A stretch of 64,000 bases of DNA from Candidatus Palauibacter sp. (GCF_965197445.1 NZ_CBDANE010000005.1:139877-203876); one strand, 5' to 3'; numbered from the stretch's first letter, positions 1 through 9,381 are shown. The notes: generated from the letters alone by a model not told the origin. Numbers and translations: made by a program.

Positions 1-5
1 TCAAC

Positions 6-509
6 GTGGTGTCGCAGCCCAATGACTGGCTCGACCCCCTACCGCCCAAGCTTTCTGAGATCCAAAGGCTGCGCCTGGAGTTCTGGCACGCGTTCTGCGA
101 TCATGTCGCCGAGGAAGGGGCGAGGTTCAGTACTCGCAAGCCACACTCCGAGTCCTGGATGGAGATGGCGGTCGGCGCCGCCGGATTCCGGATCCGAGCC
201 ATCACTTCGACGTGGGATTCCCGGGATGGCAACTACGATTCCGGGGAGTTGCGCGCCGAGTTTGTCGTGAAGCGCCACGACGCCAACGACTTGTACGCTC
301 CGCTGCATGCCCATGCCGATGAGATCCGGGAAGAATTGGGCGAGGACCTAACCTGGGACAACCCACAGGACACGAAGACGTGGAGAGCCTATCTCCGCAA
401 GACCGCTGACATACAAGATCGTTCCAGTTGGCCGGACCAACACGAGTGGCTGCGGAGTCGCCTGGATCGTCTCTCCGAGGTCTTCGGGCCCATGGTGAAA
501 GGACTCTAG
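6..509 (+). CDS. Hypothetical protein, possibly DUF4268-like. It may be truncated by the window edge.
   Basis: Single 167-aa ORF with a GTG start at position 6. There are no catalytic motifs. The assignment is recalled from the general fold/consensus only. Confidence 0.4.
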   Translation: MVSQPNDWLDPLPPKLSEIQRLRLEFWHAFCDHVAEEGARFSTRKPHSESWMEMAVGAAGFRIRAITSTWDSRDGNYDSGELRAEFVVKRHDANDLYAPLHAHADEIREELGEDLTWDNPQDTKTWRAYLRKTADIQDRSSWPDQHEWLRSRLDRLSEVFGPMVKGL

Positions 510-860
510 CGGCAACGGGCCCCTCGAAATCGGTGGACGACTTCGTCGGTATCGGCAAGCTGCAGGGCGGCCTGATAGTTAAGCTGTTCAGTTGTCCAAA
601 AAACTGGGACCACCTCAGTCTGCATCTCCTCCACCGACTCGTACCAAGTCGTCCTTCCCTTCACCCTGAGGTGTTCGTCCAGGAGCGTGCAGTGGAAACG
701 CTCGATGAACCCGTTCGACTGCGGACGGCCCACCTGGGTCTTTCCAATGCTCGATCTCCTCGAGCCTGCAGGAACAGCTCGTAGGGGTGATGGTCCTCCC
801 GACCGCAGAACTCGCGCACGTTGTCGCTGAGGATCGCCCGTGCCCCCGGCCGCATTCGCC
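506..860 (-). pseudogene. DDE transposase fragment (rve/integrase core C-terminal part), frameshifted
   Basis: Frame A translates to ILSDNVREFCGRED...FLQARG. Frame B translates to GRPQSNGFIERFHCTLLDEHL...TTWYESVEEMQ. Both are typical of the C-terminal half of an IS3/IS481-type integrase catalytic domain. The fragment is split over two frames and lacks an N-terminus. Confidence 0.6.
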
Positions 861-879
861 CGGTATCACCGGACGACTC

Positions 880-940
880 CCCACGGAACCAGTGGACGGC
901 TTCGCTCGGAATGGGTGGTCGACTTCGTCGGAATACGCAC
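880..940. repeat. IS-end-like repeat. It is homologous to 515-560 and to 13595-13650.
   Basis: cggaaccagtggacggcttcgctcggaatgggtggtcgacttcgtcggaatacgca is about 85% identical to the segment at 13595-13650. Its core, GGACGACTTCGTCGG, also occurs at 530-545. Confidence 0.6.
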
Positions 941-1019
941 GGTCTCTGTTACGCCTTCGAGAATAAAGTGCCGATTCCGCCCATCGTTTCCGTTCGCCAT
1001 TGTGGGGACCGTGCGCCGA

Positions 1020-2009
1020 CTACGCGTTTGGCTCCGCCAGCCTGTTGCTGACCGCCTTGAGCTCGTCGATCACGACCCGAATCTCCTCCTCCCGGATCCG
1101 CGCCCGCTGCCCGACCAGTGCGTCTTTGAGAACATCGTTTGCTACTCGCGCCACATCGGCGAAGCTCAGTCCCATAGCGCAGTCGGCGAGATCGCTCCAC
1201 GCGATGTCCCGCGAGGCGGCCGGACCAAGCCGCGTTTGCAGTAGCTCGGCGATTTGGGGGACGTCCGGCATCTCGAAGTGAAGAATGTCGTCAAAGCGAC
1301 GGAAGAGTGCCCGGTCGAGCACCTTTGGATGATTCGTCGCTGCCATCACGATGCTGTGGGAGTCGTCCTGCTCGATCATCTGGAGGAAGCTGTTCAGCAC
1401 ACGCCGGATTTCGCCCACGTCGTTGGAGATCCCGCGTTCCGAACCGATTGCGTCGAACTCGTCGAAGAAGTAGACGCCCCTTGTCTGGCCGGTGGCGTCG
1501 AAGATCTGGCGCAGCTTGGCTGCGGTCTCTCCCATGAACCTGGTGATCAGGCCGTCGAGCCGAACCTGAAGCAGGGGGAGACGAAGTTCCCCGGCCAGGA
1601 CGGAGGCGGACAGCGTCTTCCCGGTGCCTGGAGGGCCCACAAGCAGGAGCTTGCGCCTCGGCGAGAGGCCGTGGTCGAGGATCTCGCCGGCGTGGCGCTG
1701 TTCGCGAACGACCCGGCAAATGCGACTTGCCAAGGCCTTTCCGAGGATCATGTCCCCGAGCCGCGCCTTGGGGTAGGAAACTTGGAGCAGGTTGGCCAGC
1801 TCCCCGCGCGGCCGACCAATCGGGACCGGGGATCCTGCCTCACCGCGGCTCTTGGCCTTATCGATAATGTCGCGCAGATCGGTGGCCAGTTTCCCGTGCC
1901 CGACCTTCGCTTCGTGGGCGGCGACCTGCATGGCGACCGAGATGAATCGGTCGTTGTCGCCCTCCAGATGCGACCTCAGCAACGCCTTGAGCTGCTCGGC
2001 ACTGGCCAT
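1020..2009 (-). CDS. AAA+ family ATPase (CbbX/SpoVK-like) with an ~100 aa N-terminal domain
   Basis: Walker A motif LLLVGPPGTGKT. Walker B motif VYFFDEFDAIG. Sensor/arginine-finger region ATNHPKVLDRALFRRF. The ORF is intact at 329 aa. Confidence 0.85.
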   Translation of the reverse strand: MASAEQLKALLRSHLEGDNDRFISVAMQVAAHEAKVGHGKLATDLRDIIDKAKSRGEAGSPVPIGRPRGELANLLQVSYPKARLGDMILGKALASRICRVVREQRHAGEILDHGLSPRRKLLLVGPPGTGKTLSASVLAGELRLPLLQVRLDGLITRFMGETAAKLRQIFDATGQTRGVYFFDEFDAIGSERGISNDVGEIRRVLNSFLQMIEQDDSHSIVMAATNHPKVLDRALFRRFDDILHFEMPDVPQIAELLQTRLGPAASRDIAWSDLADCAMGLSFADVARVANDVLKDALVGQRARIREEEIRVVIDELKAVSNRLAEPNA

Positions 2010-2072
2010 GGAAGCCTCCGGTTGGGATAGTGCGAATCGGATCGGTGGGAACGTAGCGATTCATCCGGTATC

Positions 2073-2838
2073 GTGCCCGTTTCCGCGCTCATGCGCACGC
2101 TGTGTCACGTTCCACCGCCGGAACAGCCGGAACAGGCTGAGGTTGCACCTTCGGACACACCGGCCGACACCGTGGCCGACGCCGCCGCCGAGCAGGAGCC
2201 TCTCCCGGCCGACTCGGCCATCATCCGGCTCGACGCGAGCGACCCCGACCTCGGAGTGTGGCGCGACCGCGACATCTCCGGGGATCCTCCTCGCGAACCC
2301 GGACCCATCCAGGTCGGATCCGTCCTCACGTTCTTCGGGCTGCCGATCGCGCGCACCGCCGAGGACCTCGTCGCGGGCGAGGTCGAAGTCGCCTTTCTGG
2401 GGGCCGGTCGACATGGGGGTGGGGTTCCGCGGGGCGGGCGAGGGGCCGACCGCGCTCCGCGCCATGCGGCGCAGCGTGGGCAGCATGGAGACGATGGTGC
2501 AGTGGCGAAGCGAACTCACGGCGGTCGACTTCGGCAACGCGCCCATCGACAACCTGAGCGTGGAGCGCAGCATGCCGCCGATCCGCCGCATGGTGCGCGA
2601 GATCGCGGAGACCGGCGCCATCCCCGTGATCATCGGGGGAGACCACTCGATCGAGTTCGCCAACGTGGTGGGCTTCGACCTCGTCGAACTCAACCCGCTG
2701 GTCGACCCGGGCTACACGACCGTGCTCAACGCCAAGCAGGTCGTGGACGAGTGCATGACGGGGATCGCGCTCAGGAAGCTGGGACTCGGAAACCGGGACT
2801 ACCTGAGCCCGCTGACGCACGGGGACGGTCGGCGGTAG
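2073..2838 (+). pseudogene. Remnant of an arginase/agmatinase/formiminoglutamase (ureohydrolase) family gene
   Basis: The C-terminal frame has IPVIIGGDHSI (the GGDHS metal-binding motif) followed directly by VGFDLVELNP (the C-terminal Asp motif). The roughly 100 aa that normally lie between them, including the DAHxD motif, are missing. The N-terminal part sits in another frame. Confidence 0.5.
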
Positions 2839-2950
2839 TCTCCCATCGCGCGCCAGCCTCGGGAGCACCCCGGTTTTCTCTCGAGAGAGGCATTTCACCG
2901 GTACGCTGAAAACGCCATATGGGTGAAATTCACTTGATGTTTTTCACCGT

Positions 2951-4072
2951 ATGTGCTATTTTCAGCGTATGATGAAAACCCATGATTCAGTAAACGACCC
3001 AGGAATCGCCGCCTTGCACGCGGCCCGCGACCTGCTCGGACACGTGCCGCACCTGGAGGCCGGTGCGGTCCGCCAGGAGCACCGGCTCGGCCACGCTCGC
3101 ATCGACGGATGCATCGAGTTCGAGCACGGCGATGAGGCCTATGCCCTCCTCATCGAGGTCAAGCGGAGCGGTGCTCCTCGTTTCGTCCGTTCCGCAGTCT
3201 ATCAGCTCAAGGGATACCTGGCGCATGCTCGCGAGTCCGCCCCCGGGGACCCCGGCCAACGATGGATCCCCATGCTCGTGAGCCCATACTTGTCGCCCGA
3301 GTCTCGGTCGATCTGCATGGATCACGACGTCGCTTACCTGGACCTGGTCGGGAACGCACATCTCGCTTTCGATAACGTCTATATCGATCGGACCGTCGCT
3401 GACAGGCCCAAGTCTGCAACCCGCGCTCTAAGATCGATGTTCACGCCGAAGGCGGCCGCGATTCTCCGGGTGCTCCTTCGCGATACTGCCCGGGCATGGC
3501 GCGTAACGGAACTGGCGGAAGCGGCCGACGCGAGCCTCGGCCACGTGAGTAACGTTCGCAAAGCCCTGCTGGCGCGGGAATGGATCGAGACGCAGAAGGA
3601 CGGTGTCATCCTCGTCCAGCCGGACGCGCTACTGAAGACGTGGCGCGAGGAATACCGCAGGCCGACTGGCCGCCGCATCAGCGGGTACACGCTCTTCCAT
3701 GGCAAGCAACTCCACGAGCGGCTGTCGGGAAAGCTCAATTCGGAACCACAGCGTCCGCGCGCAATCTACTCGTCGAATTCAGCCGCCCAATGGCTGGCGC
3801 CCTTCCTCCGTGGTGGCACGCACAACTTCTACGCCGACGAACCGGGCGCTCGGGTGTTGAAGGAGGTGTTGAAGCTGACCCGTGCCGAGAAAGGAGCAAA
3901 TGTTACCGTGTGGGTCCTCAAGGATGAGAGTCTGCTCAAGGACGCTGTTGAGCCGGCGCCAAGCGTCTTCTGCACATGCCCGATCGTCACGTACCTCGAT
4001 CTCTGGAACGGCAACGATCGGGATCGTGAGGCGGCCGACCACTTGGCTTCGAGGTGCTTTCCGTGGCTGTGA
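2951..4072 (+). CDS. Predicted regulator with an N-terminal PD-(D/E)xK-like motif and a central winged helix. It is an AbiEi-like partner of the downstream nucleotidyltransferase.
   Basis: Candidate nuclease signature IDGCIEFEHGDEAYALLIEVKRSG (D...ExK). wHTH-like segment RVTELAEAADASLGHVSNVRKALLAREWIE. The 3' end overlaps the next ORF by 19 bp. The likely true start is ATG ATG AAA at about 2969. Confidence 0.5.
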   Translation: MCYFQRMMKTHDSVNDPGIAALHAARDLLGHVPHLEAGAVRQEHRLGHARIDGCIEFEHGDEAYALLIEVKRSGAPRFVRSAVYQLKGYLAHARESAPGDPGQRWIPMLVSPYLSPESRSICMDHDVAYLDLVGNAHLAFDNVYIDRTVADRPKSATRALRSMFTPKAAAILRVLLRDTARAWRVTELAEAADASLGHVSNVRKALLAREWIETQKDGVILVQPDALLKTWREEYRRPTGRRISGYTLFHGKQLHERLSGKLNSEPQRPRAIYSSNSAAQWLAPFLRGGTHNFYADEPGARVLKEVLKLTRAEKGANVTVWVLKDESLLKDAVEPAPSVFCTCPIVTYLDLWNGNDRDREAADHLASRCFPWL

Positions 4073-4926
4073 CGGAGCCTCAATCCGCCGGCGACTACGA
4101 TGATCGGACGACGGCGGCGGTCAAGTCCGTGTTGGTCGAGATCGGCCAGGTCCTCGGCAGCTTCAGGGGCAAGTTTGCAGTTATCGGCGGGGCTGTTCCC
4201 TGGCTGTTGCTGAGCGAAGCCGACATGCCCCATATCGGAACCCTCGATGTGGACCTCGGTCTCGACGCCTCCGCCCTGGGCGACGGCGAATACGTTCGAC
4301 TTGTCGAAGCCCTGCAGACACACGGCTACCAGCAACGGGAGAGTCTGCGGCGTTTCCAGCTCGTCCGCACCGTACCCACCAGGGATGGGGGACCCGACAT
4401 CGACGTAGTCGTCGACTTCCTGATGCCGCGCGACGCCGAGATTGTAAGGAACAGGCCGCCGCTCATCAGCCAGTTTGCCGTCCAGCGAGCCGACGGGGCC
4501 GACCTGGCGCTCAGATTCTATCAGATGGCCGCCATCGAAGGAGATATGCCCGATGGGGGCAGGAATCTCGTTCGTATCGCCGTTGCGTCGATTCCAGCCC
4601 TCCTGGCCATGAAAGGCTACGCCATCGCCAATCGGTTCAAACGCAAGGACGCCTATGACATCTACTATTCGATCCGGAATTTTCCGGATGGGATGGACGC
4701 ACTTGTAGAAGCAACCAGACCTCTTCTTGACGTACCATCGGCACGGCGAGGCTACTGTTTGATCGCCGACAAGTTCCGTGACGTCGAAGACTTTGGACCG
4801 ACGAGCGTCAGGCGGTTCGTGGAGGAAGCCGACCTGCTCGGCGACCGCACCGCGGATCAATGGCAGCAAGACGCCTTCGGACAGGTTGACGCATGGCTCA
4901 GAGAACTGGGCCTGAGGGTTACATGA
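4054..4926 (+). CDS. Nucleotidyltransferase, AbiEii/AbiGii-like (pol-beta superfamily)
   Basis: IGGAVPWLLLSEADMPHIGTLDVDLGLD matches the pol-beta pattern of GG/GS, a ~14-residue spacer, then DxD. The gene is translationally coupled to the upstream wHTH protein. Confidence 0.65.
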   Translation: MLSVAVTEPQSAGDYDDRTTAAVKSVLVEIGQVLGSFRGKFAVIGGAVPWLLLSEADMPHIGTLDVDLGLDASALGDGEYVRLVEALQTHGYQQRESLRRFQLVRTVPTRDGGPDIDVVVDFLMPRDAEIVRNRPPLISQFAVQRADGADLALRFYQMAAIEGDMPDGGRNLVRIAVASIPALLAMKGYAIANRFKRKDAYDIYYSIRNFPDGMDALVEATRPLLDVPSARRGYCLIADKFRDVEDFGPTSVRRFVEEADLLGDRTADQWQQDAFGQVDAWLRELGLRVT

Positions 4927-5097
4927 ACGCGGCGGTCAGGCGCGTATGCCGGACATGTACCGAAGGATACAAACTCCCTGCACGGCCATCAACTCGAATC
5001 CCTCGACGTGGTCGAGCGGCAGATCGCCGGTCCGGCCATCCATTGAGTCCCTGCTGATCGAGGCCGGGCGCGACTCCGGCAGCCCGGGAATGGACTG

Positions 5098-5529
5098 CTA
5101 CGCGCGCAACTTTCTCGATCCGAACCAGACGCCCACGGCCCCGATCAGCGGGTTGAGCCAGTTGAACCATGCCGGGTGGAGGGCGCCCGCGGTCGCCTCC
5201 ATCATCGACACGTCATCGGGGCGCGGTCCCGCCGGCATCTCCACCGGCATCAGGGCCCTCACCACCCCGAGTACGATCACCATGGCGATCAGAATCGTGG
5301 CGGCCCTGGCATCGTGCGCCACCCTGGCACAGACTCGTCCGCCGATGTACGCCGCCACGAGCCCGAGCACGCCCGAGCCGAGTGCCCAGCCGCCGGGTAC
5401 CTCCCACGAACCCGGCTGGAAGGCCCGCGAGGGCCCCACCGTCAGCCACAGAAGCGAGAAGAGTGCGAAAAGCACGGCGGCCATGGCAATGTAGCCGACG
5501 ATGGCGGCGAGGATGTTCCTGAGCATCAT
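5098..5529 (-). CDS. Small integral membrane protein, hypothetical
   Basis: Three to four hydrophobic helices (ILAAIVGYIAMAAVLFALFSLLWL, GSGVLGLVAAYIGG, ILIAMVIVLGVV). Start assumed at MMLRNI. Confidence 0.45.
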   Translation of the reverse strand: MMLRNILAAIVGYIAMAAVLFALFSLLWLTVGPSRAFQPGSWEVPGGWALGSGVLGLVAAYIGGRVCARVAHDARAATILIAMVIVLGVVRALMPVEMPAGPRPDDVSMMEATAGALHPAWFNWLNPLIGAVGVWFGSRKLRA

Positions 5530-5927
5530 GTGCCTCCCTGAAGGTTCTCCTCTGAAATCTGGATCAGGTTGCCGCACGAATCGTCGAAAACTGCGACAGT
5601 AACACTCCCGAGGTCTGGTGGCGGCTGCACGAATCGCACGCCTTTTGCCGTGAGACGCTCGTGCTCGGCTTCGATGTCATCGACTGCGAAGGAGGCACTG
5701 GGGATCCCGTCCTCCATAAGCGCAGTCTTGAACGGACGGACTGCGGGGTGGCCATCGGGCTCGAGCAGCAACTCCGTCCCCTCGGGAGCTTCCGGGGATA
5801 CCACGGTGATCCAGGCGTGATCTCCCATGGGGATGTTGTGCTTTACCCGAAAGCCGAGCGTCTCCGTGTAGAAACGAAGCGCCTTCTGTTGGTCGTCCAC
5901 GAAGACGCTGGTCAGGTGGATTCTCAT
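5526..5927 (-). CDS. VOC family protein (glyoxalase/bleomycin-resistance/dioxygenase fold)
   Basis: Typical VOC N-terminus VFVDDQQKALRFYTETLGFRV and a C-terminal half ASFAVDDIEAEHERLTAKGVRFVQPP...GNLIQI. Confidence 0.85.
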   Translation of the reverse strand: MRIHLTSVFVDDQQKALRFYTETLGFRVKHNIPMGDHAWITVVSPEAPEGTELLLEPDGHPAVRPFKTALMEDGIPSASFAVDDIEAEHERLTAKGVRFVQPPPDLGSVTVAVFDDSCGNLIQISEENLQGGT

Positions 5928-6235
5928 TTCCTTACGCCCTCATCCGTTGAGTGTGAAGTGTCCTCGTCTGTCGAGGTGGGCCACCGTTCCCCGATTGCCT
6001 TCAGCGGGGCGCCCTCGAACCAGTGGAGCTTCGACCTCCCCTCGCGCCTCGTGCGGATGAGCCCGGCGGCTTCCAGGACGTCCAGGTGTTGCGAGATCGC
6101 TTGCCGCGAGGAGTTGATCCCGTGTTTCATGGTCAGGCGCGCACAGAGTTCGAAGAGCGATTGGCCCGACCGATCGACGAGTTCATCCAGGATGGCCCGC
6201 CTGGTTCGGTCAGAGATCGCGCGATAAACGTCCAC
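5924..6235 (-). CDS. ArsR/SmtB family transcriptional regulator
   Basis: VYRAISDRTRRAILDELVDRSGQSLFELCARL...SRQAISQHLDVLEAAGLIRTRREGRSKLHWF is a canonical ArsR HTH. Start set at the in-frame GTG (VDVYRAI). The longer track ORF runs into the upstream repeat. Confidence 0.8.
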   Translation of the reverse strand: MDVYRAISDRTRRAILDELVDRSGQSLFELCARLTMKHGINSSRQAISQHLDVLEAAGLIRTRREGRSKLHWFEGAPLKAIGERWPTSTDEDTSHSTDEGVRK

Positions 6236-6237
6236 AT

Positions 6238-6300
6238 GCCAGCCTAAGGCAAGTGTCCACTTGCATGCCACGGCTTGATGATTATACAAGCGTGGACTTG
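6238..6300. promoter_or_regulatory. Putative ArsR operator/promoter with two direct repeats
   Basis: GTCCACTTGCATGCCA ... GTGGACTTGCATGCCA, about 30 bp apart. They flank TTGATGATTATACAAG, immediately upstream of the arsR-like gene. Confidence 0.4.
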
Positions 6301-6374
6301 CATGCCAACTCCTTCGGGTCGGTGATCGCCGCGAAGCTCCACCTGCTGGACATGCTGCTCGCCGCGGGCCAGCG

Positions 6375-6490
6375 CCGCTCACGATCGCGTCAGCCTCCGG
6401 AACCTGAACAATGCGAGCCACTGGTCGAAGGTGAGGGCGCGGGGCGGCCCGGAAGGATCGAACCTGAGATCTCGACGCAGCCGGCGAGCA
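6375..6490. repeat. 115-bp copy of the 3' end of the erm-like methyltransferase gene (third copy)
   Basis: About 90% identical to 12235-12350 and 17352-17465 (ACGATCGCGTCAGCCTCCGGAACCTGAACAATGCGAGCCACTGGTCGAAGGTGAG...GGAAGGATCGAACCTGAGATCTCGACTCAGCCGG). Similarity ends at 6490. Confidence 0.8.
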
Positions 6491-6494
6491 ACCT

Positions 6495-6532
6495 GTAGTT
6501 GACATTATGGAGACGATTCACGCAGTTTGTCA
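6495..6532. promoter_or_regulatory. Inverted repeat plus -35-like box upstream of the XRE-ImmA gene
   Basis: GTTGACA...(23 nt)...TGTCAAC, containing TTGACA. Confidence 0.35.
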
Positions 6533-6562
6533 ACCATCGTTTACGCGAAGAGAGGGGACGGC

Positions 6563-7642
6563 ATGTTTGGAAAACGACTACGGCTCGCCCGTAAACGCGC
6601 CGGCCTTTCCATGCGGGCGCTGGCCGAGCGGATGGATCCGAAAATCACCGCTCAGGCCATCAGCAAATACGAGGCGGGGAAGATGATGCCGTCTTCGGCC
6701 GTCCTGGTCGGTCTCGGGCAGGCTCTCGATGTGTCGCTGGACTTCCTCATGAGCTCCCAGGTCGAGGTCCTCGACGGCCTTGAGTTCCGGAAGCACTCCA
6801 GCACCTCCGCCCGGGATCGCGCCAAGGCCGAAGCCGTGCTGATCGACAACCTCGAGCGATATCTGACCATCGAGGAAGTCCTCGGTATTCCACCTGCGAG
6901 CGACCGTTTTGAAGGCCATCGGTACGACGGCGTTGCCGATGTCGAAGAGATCGATGACAGGGCCGATGAACTCCGCAACGCGTGGGACCTCGGCCTGGAT
7001 CCCGTGCCCAGCCTGTGCGCCCTCCTCGAGGAGAAGGGGATAAAGGTGATCGAAGACGATCTCCCCGAGCGCATCAACGGGCTGGCCTGCCGAGTCCTGC
7101 GAGAGGGCAAGCCGGTCGCCGACGCCGTCCTCGTATCGAGTCGGACCAACGTGGAGCGGAAACGATCCACCCTGGCCCACGAACTCGCGCACAGGATCAT
7201 CCGTTCCACCGGCAACCCGGCCATCAAGCTGGAAGCGGCCATGAACCGTTTCGCAGGCGCCTTCCTTGTCCCGGGCCAACATCTCATTCAAGAAGCCGGG
7301 GAAGGCCGCCGCCGCATCACCTATCATGAAATCGTCCGCCTCAAGCACATGTACGGCGTGTCAGCGGCGGCCATGCTGGTACGCCTTGGTCAAGTCGGCG
7401 TGCTGCCTCGTGCCGCGGTCCAGCGCGCGTTTCGAACCTTCGCCCGCTCCTGGCGCAAGTCGGAACCGGAACCCATTCACGGCAACCAAGGGTTCGCGGC
7501 GTTCGAGAAGCCTCGGCGCTTCAAGGGCCTCGTCTTGCGCGCCGTCGGCGAAGAGCTGATCTCGCCGGTTCGGGCGGCCACTCTCCTTAATGAATCCCTC
7601 GACGCGGTCGAGCAGCAGATCACCGGTCCGATCCACCAGTGA
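6563..7642 (+). CDS. Fused XRE-family HTH and ImmA/IrrE-family (DUF955) zinc metallopeptidase regulator
   Basis: N-terminal HTH_XRE (RLRLARKRAGLSMRALAERMDPKITAQAISKYEAGKMMP). The peptidase domain carries the HEXXH motif HELAHRI and the downstream ImmA-type segment AGAFLVP. Confidence 0.8.
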   Translation: MFGKRLRLARKRAGLSMRALAERMDPKITAQAISKYEAGKMMPSSAVLVGLGQALDVSLDFLMSSQVEVLDGLEFRKHSSTSARDRAKAEAVLIDNLERYLTIEEVLGIPPASDRFEGHRYDGVADVEEIDDRADELRNAWDLGLDPVPSLCALLEEKGIKVIEDDLPERINGLACRVLREGKPVADAVLVSSRTNVERKRSTLAHELAHRIIRSTGNPAIKLEAAMNRFAGAFLVPGQHLIQEAGEGRRRITYHEIVRLKHMYGVSAAAMLVRLGQVGVLPRAAVQRAFRTFARSWRKSEPEPIHGNQGFAAFEKPRRFKGLVLRAVGEELISPVRAATLLNESLDAVEQQITGPIHQ

Positions 7643-7861
7643 CGCGTGTCACTGTCAACGACGCTTCCTGCCTGATCGACCTCCGCAAGTTGGCTCGCCG
7701 TTCTACGAGCTGCCTGAACCCGCTCGCTCCGGAACACAAGGTCATCCGGGCAACCCTCCGAGCCTATTTCACACTCTACTTCACAAACGAGACACCCTGC
7801 GGTATGATTCCCTGGCGAGCCACCGCATAGCCACGCCGTTCATCGACAAACGAGCCATCAC

Positions 7862-8671
7862 GTGAATGCTGCCGACACGCCTCTGACCGGGCCGCCCCCG
7901 CCCGAGGTACCGCTGACTGACCCGCCGCTCGTGCGGGTCATCGCCCAGGTGCGCTTTCCGCTCATCGCGTCGTTGGAGAAGCGGGAGTTCATCGCGTCAT
8001 TTCAGGAGGCCATTCGGGAGTTCTACCCGGTGCTGCGTCCAGAGGAGGGACGCAGCGTCGTCCTGGGCTCACAGGGAGCGGTGGACACACGTTCGAACAC
8101 CTTATGGCGCTTCAACGAAGCGAGAGGGGCATGGCGTGTCACACTGGCACCCGACTTCCTCGCGCTGGAGACCACGAAATACACGAGCCGTGAAGACTTC
8201 ATGGAGCGCTTGAGGCTGGTCTTGGAAGCACTCAAGGAGCACGTCGATCCGCAGGTATTGGATCGCCTCGGCGTGCGTTACATCGATCGCGTGTCCGGGG
8301 AGAACCTGAGCGCTCTTCCCCAGCTCGTTCGCCCGGAAGTGGCGGGCATTCTGGGATCCCCACTCGCCGCACGTGCTCACCGCGCCGTCTCGGAAAACGT
8401 GTTCATTCTGCCCGGGAACGCGGGTCAGATTACCGCCCGCTGGGGGCTGCTGGCGCCGCGAAGCACGATTGACCCCGGGGCGCTGGACGCTATCGACGAG
8501 CCCAGCTGGATCCTTGATACCGACGCCTTCCAGTCATTTCAGACAGGCAGCCGGCGGCTCGATGTCGACTCGGCGGTCGAGCAGGCGCGAGGCTTCGCCG
8601 AACGCATCTACAGCATCTTCCGCTGGGCGGTAACGAATGAGTTTCTGCGACGGTACGGAGGTGACCCATGA
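7862..8671 (+). CDS. Conserved hypothetical protein, TIGR04255-like
   Basis: VRVIAQVRFPLIASLE...LWRFNEARGAWRVTLAPDFLALETTKY matches my recollection of TIGR04255. There is no catalytic motif, and the name is not verified. Confidence 0.5.
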   Translation: MNAADTPLTGPPPPEVPLTDPPLVRVIAQVRFPLIASLEKREFIASFQEAIREFYPVLRPEEGRSVVLGSQGAVDTRSNTLWRFNEARGAWRVTLAPDFLALETTKYTSREDFMERLRLVLEALKEHVDPQVLDRLGVRYIDRVSGENLSALPQLVRPEVAGILGSPLAARAHRAVSENVFILPGNAGQITARWGLLAPRSTIDPGALDAIDEPSWILDTDAFQSFQTGSRRLDVDSAVEQARGFAERIYSIFRWAVTNEFLRRYGGDP

Positions 8672-9381
8672 CCCTTGAATCCCTGCTACGCGAGTCGGCC
8701 GTCGGTGACGGAACGACATCCTTTTCCGGTCGCGCTGGCATCCGGGATCGTGCCTCGCTGTCGGTGATCATGGTAAGCGGTGCGTTGTCGATCGCCGGCA
8801 CGTCGTCCGCAGAGCCTACGACAATCTGGGGGGCACCGTACGTACACGAATCCGATACGACCGCTGGCGGACCAAGCCGCGACGCGGTGGCGACACAGAT
8901 GGAGAGCGAGACCGAGGCCACCCGTAAGGCCGTCTCTGAACTGCGTCGAATCTCTGGCCTGACTTGGGAACAGCTCGCCGGGCTGTTCGGGGTATCGCGT
9001 CGCAGCGTCCACTTCTGGGCCAGCGGGAAACCGCTGAACGCCGGCAACCACCAGCGGCTCATGCGTGTGCTGGATGTTGTCCGGGATGCCGACCGTGGCA
9101 CGGCACGCAGCACGCGTGCGGCTCTGCTCGATGCCCGTGCGGGTACGACTCCGTTCGAAATGTTGGCGGACCAGCAGTTTCGGGAGGCATATTTGGCTCT
9201 TGGTCGAGGGCGCACGCGCCTCGTGCCGGCGCTAACCCCGCTCAGTGCAGCGGCGCAGACGGCGCGTAAGCCCCTCCCGCCCGACGAGCTCTACGACGCG
9301 AAGAGCGACCGTGTACACCAGGAACCGGGGCGTGCACGCGCCGCTCGAACCGCAAGGGGCCAGCGGCGTGGGCGCGGTTGA
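8668..9381 (+). CDS. HTH (XRE-like) domain protein. Start overlaps the upstream stop (ATGA).
   Basis: LRRISGLTWEQLAGLFGVSRRSVHFWASGKPLNAGNHQRLMRVLDVV is an HTH_XRE-like segment. The N-terminal ~85 aa and the C-terminal Arg-rich tail are unassigned. Confidence 0.55.
   Translation: MTLESLLRESAVGDGTTSFSGRAGIRDRASLSVIMVSGALSIAGTSSAEPTTIWGAPYVHESDTTAGGPSRDAVATQMESETEATRKAVSELRRISGLTWEQLAGLFGVSRRSVHFWASGKPLNAGNHQRLMRVLDVVRDADRGTARSTRAALLDARAGTTPFEMLADQQFREAYLALGRGRTRLVPALTPLSAAAQTARKPLPPDELYDAKSDRVHQEPGRARAARTARGQRRGRG

Noticed and set aside
6375-6490. tRNA-like 3' end suspected from GGTTCGATCCTTCCGGACCA on the reverse strand of the erm repeat
   Set aside because: The segment is coding: it is the Erm C-terminus, conserved in two longer copies. 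No acceptor/T-stem complementarity was found.
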